Position numbers and translations under genes: made by a program. DNA of 64,000 nt from the NCBI GenBank assembly GCA_965219245.1, contig OZ244722.1:3938947-4002946 (forward strand). The letters are read 5' to 3'. Within the stretch, counting starts at the first letter, position 1, and each line of letters starts with the position of its first letter. Source of the stretch: Dehalococcoidia bacterium (GTDB lineage: Bacteria; Chloroflexota; Dehalococcoidia; Lucifugimonadales; VXLM01). Below are positions 62,713 to 64,000 of the stretch, piece by piece. The notes beneath the pieces are model-generated. The model saw only the letters and a program-made list of their open reading frames with translations, was not told where the DNA came from and ran no database searches.

Positions 62713-63447
62713 ATGCCAACGACGGAGCATGAAGAGTTGGAGCGGGAGTTCCAATACGTAACCAACGACTTTGAGGCGAAGCACATCCGGAGCCTCTACG
62801 AGGGCAAAGACCCTCTGATGCACGACATCGCCTACGCCTTGATAACGGGCAACGACGGCGAGGTAAACCGGCTCGTCGAGCAGGCATTGTCGGACGGATG
62901 GCAGGCCAACGACCTGCTCGACGACGGTCTGATCGCGGGCATGGCCGTCGTCGGCGTGAAGTTCAGAGACAACATTATCTTCGTGCCGGAGGTGCTCATC
63001 TCCGCCCGCGCGATGAAGGCCGGCATGGCCCACATCGAGCCGATCCTCTCCGCGTCCGGCGTCGAGCCGATAGGCACCGTCATCATGGGCACCGTCAAGG
63101 GCGACCTGCACGACATCGGTAAGAACCTGTGCATCATGATGCTTCGCGGCTCGGGGTTCGTCGTCCACGACTTGGGTGTTGATACAAAGAACGAGGAGTT
63201 TATCGACGCGGTCATGGAGCATGAGGCCAGGGTGCTCGGCATGTCCGCCCTGCTGACGACCACAATGCCAAACATGGGCCGCGTCATCGAGGCGTTCGAG
63301 GACGAGGGGATGCGGGAAGAGGTCAACATCATGGTTGGCGGCGCTCCCGTAACCCAGGAATTTGCCGAGGACATGGGCGCCGACGGCTACGGCGAGAACG
63401 CCATCGCCGCTGTCGATCTAGCAAAGAGCTTCGTGACTTCAAGCTAA
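62713..63447 (+). CDS. corrinoid (B12-binding) protein, MtaC/MetH-cobalamin-module-like
   Basis: B12-binding cap helix region, then GDLHDIGKN (DxHxxG), MSALLTT (SxL) and MVGGAP (GG). GGAG lies 7 nt upstream of ATG 62713. Confidence 0.8.
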   Translation: MPTTEHEELEREFQYVTNDFEAKHIRSLYEGKDPLMHDIAYALITGNDGEVNRLVEQALSDGWQANDLLDDGLIAGMAVVGVKFRDNIIFVPEVLISARAMKAGMAHIEPILSASGVEPIGTVIMGTVKGDLHDIGKNLCIMMLRGSGFVVHDLGVDTKNEEFIDAVMEHEARVLGMSALLTTTMPNMGRVIEAFEDEGMREEVNIMVGGAPVTQEFAEDMGADGYGENAIAAVDLAKSFVTSS

Positions 63448-63464
63448 GCCGGAGCTTTCGTCAC

Positions 63465-63731
63465 ATGACTTCCGACAAAACAGGCACAGCACAGCAGCGG
63501 GTCGACAAGCGTCGCTATGAGGCCAGTCTCGACCGCCTGTACGACATCTTCAAGGGCATGTCGAACACGGCGGACGAGGTCTCACAGTGGCGCTGTCCGT
63601 ACAAGAACGTCGAGTCACGCTGCACCGCAAAGTTTTCGTGCCGGAATCAGCATTTCACGAACATTCCCGATGATCTTCCCATCTGCACCGGAAGCGACAA
63701 GCTCGACTACCGGAGCGCCTGGGAGGTCTAG
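63465..63731 (+). CDS. small Cys-containing hypothetical protein (88 aa)
   Basis: ORF 18 nt after the corrinoid protein stop. Contains WRCPYKNVESRCTAKFSCRN...PICTG (5 Cys). No family recognised. Confidence 0.45.
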   Translation: MTSDKTGTAQQRVDKRRYEASLDRLYDIFKGMSNTADEVSQWRCPYKNVESRCTAKFSCRNQHFTNIPDDLPICTGSDKLDYRSAWEV

Positions 63732-63878
63732 CAAAGCACCGAACGCCGCTCGTAGAGGGACGTGAAATTCCACGAACGACCTCTTCTCACTCGAAAGATC
63801 AAAGATCGTGGCACGTCAGGCTCACCGCGACCCCCATTCTCAACTCCACATTCCTTCAGACGCACTCAATTAGCAACC

Positions 63879-63943
63879 ACACCCACCGTCATTCCGGCGA
63901 AGAGCCTGCCCCGTACTCCGATACGGGGCAGGAATCCAGAGAG
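63879..63943 (+). repeat. dispersed GTCATTCCGG...GGAATCCAGAGAG repeat, long form with internal 11-bp hairpin
   Basis: CACCCACCGTCATTCCGGCGAAGAGCCTGCCCCGTACTCCGATACGGGGCAGGAATCCAGAGAG. Stem CCTGCCCCGTA (63905-63915) pairs with TACGGGGCAGG (63922-63932). Confidence 0.6.
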
Positions 63944-64000
63944 TGCAATTACCGAGAACACTGCGCCACGGCCACCAGTTGGCATAATCATGCAAAACAT

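Overview
This is a high-GC (sampled lines about 62-67% GC) bacterial chromosomal window with strong Shine-Dalgarno sites and sigma70-like promoters. The gene content looks like a marine or soil heterotroph, possibly Chloroflexota-like, but that is a weak inference. All homology calls rest on motifs I recognise in the ORF translations; no searches were run.

Gene content, in order:
- 1-21.3 kb, housekeeping and catabolic genes: metF, rpiB, a Vms1/acVLRF1-like peptidyl-tRNA hydrolase, MtaB, a TPP enzyme, a 1234-aa secreted S8/kexin-like protease with FN3 and plant-type LRR domains, SGNH hydrolase, M19 dipeptidase, GcvT-like aminomethyltransferase, and a GMC oxidoreductase plus sulfatase-like pair.
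- 21.35-22.56 kb: a 1.2 kb stretch with no credible ORF.
- 22.5-29.8 kb: an AI-2E transporter and tRNA-Lys(CTT), followed by an accessory patch. The patch holds a truncated ASPIC/UnbV gene, an IS630-family element with an A8 frameshift site, two tandemly duplicated HTH genes, a DUF429 gene and a 593-aa unknown.
- 30.0-33.3 kb: the cysH-cysD-cysN sulfate assimilation operon.
- 33.4-36.7 kb: a decayed peptide ABC transporter operon with several frameshifts.
- 36.7-53.5 kb: two paralogous GH32/43-like genes split by vapBC, tRNA-Cys and tRNA-Leu, and miscellaneous enzymes.
- 53.7-63.7 kb: a same-strand corrinoid methyl-transfer cluster resembling a split MetH plus an MtaA-like gene. It is interrupted by a low-GC island of four toxin-antitoxin-type modules and by a Fic gene preceded by three 126-bp tandem repeats.

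Most notable observations:
1. A 20-codon leader ORF, MVCCCCCRRPESLLLRHACR, lies between a consensus promoter and an intrinsic terminator just upstream of cysHDN, with an alternative antiterminator pairing. This is a candidate ribosome-mediated cysteine attenuator.
2. A dispersed 37-41 nt repeat (three copies) has three arms arranged so that it can fold into an intramolecular pyrimidine-purine-pyrimidine triple helix.
3. Three 126-bp tandem repeats with pseudoknot-like complementarity sit upstream of the Fic gene.
4. The duplicated HTH genes each carry their own promoter and three 10-bp-phased ATGTTAC repeats over the start codon.
5. A perfect 19-bp inverted repeat pair has one copy abutting the tRNA-Lys 3' end.

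No CRISPR array or rRNA was seen.
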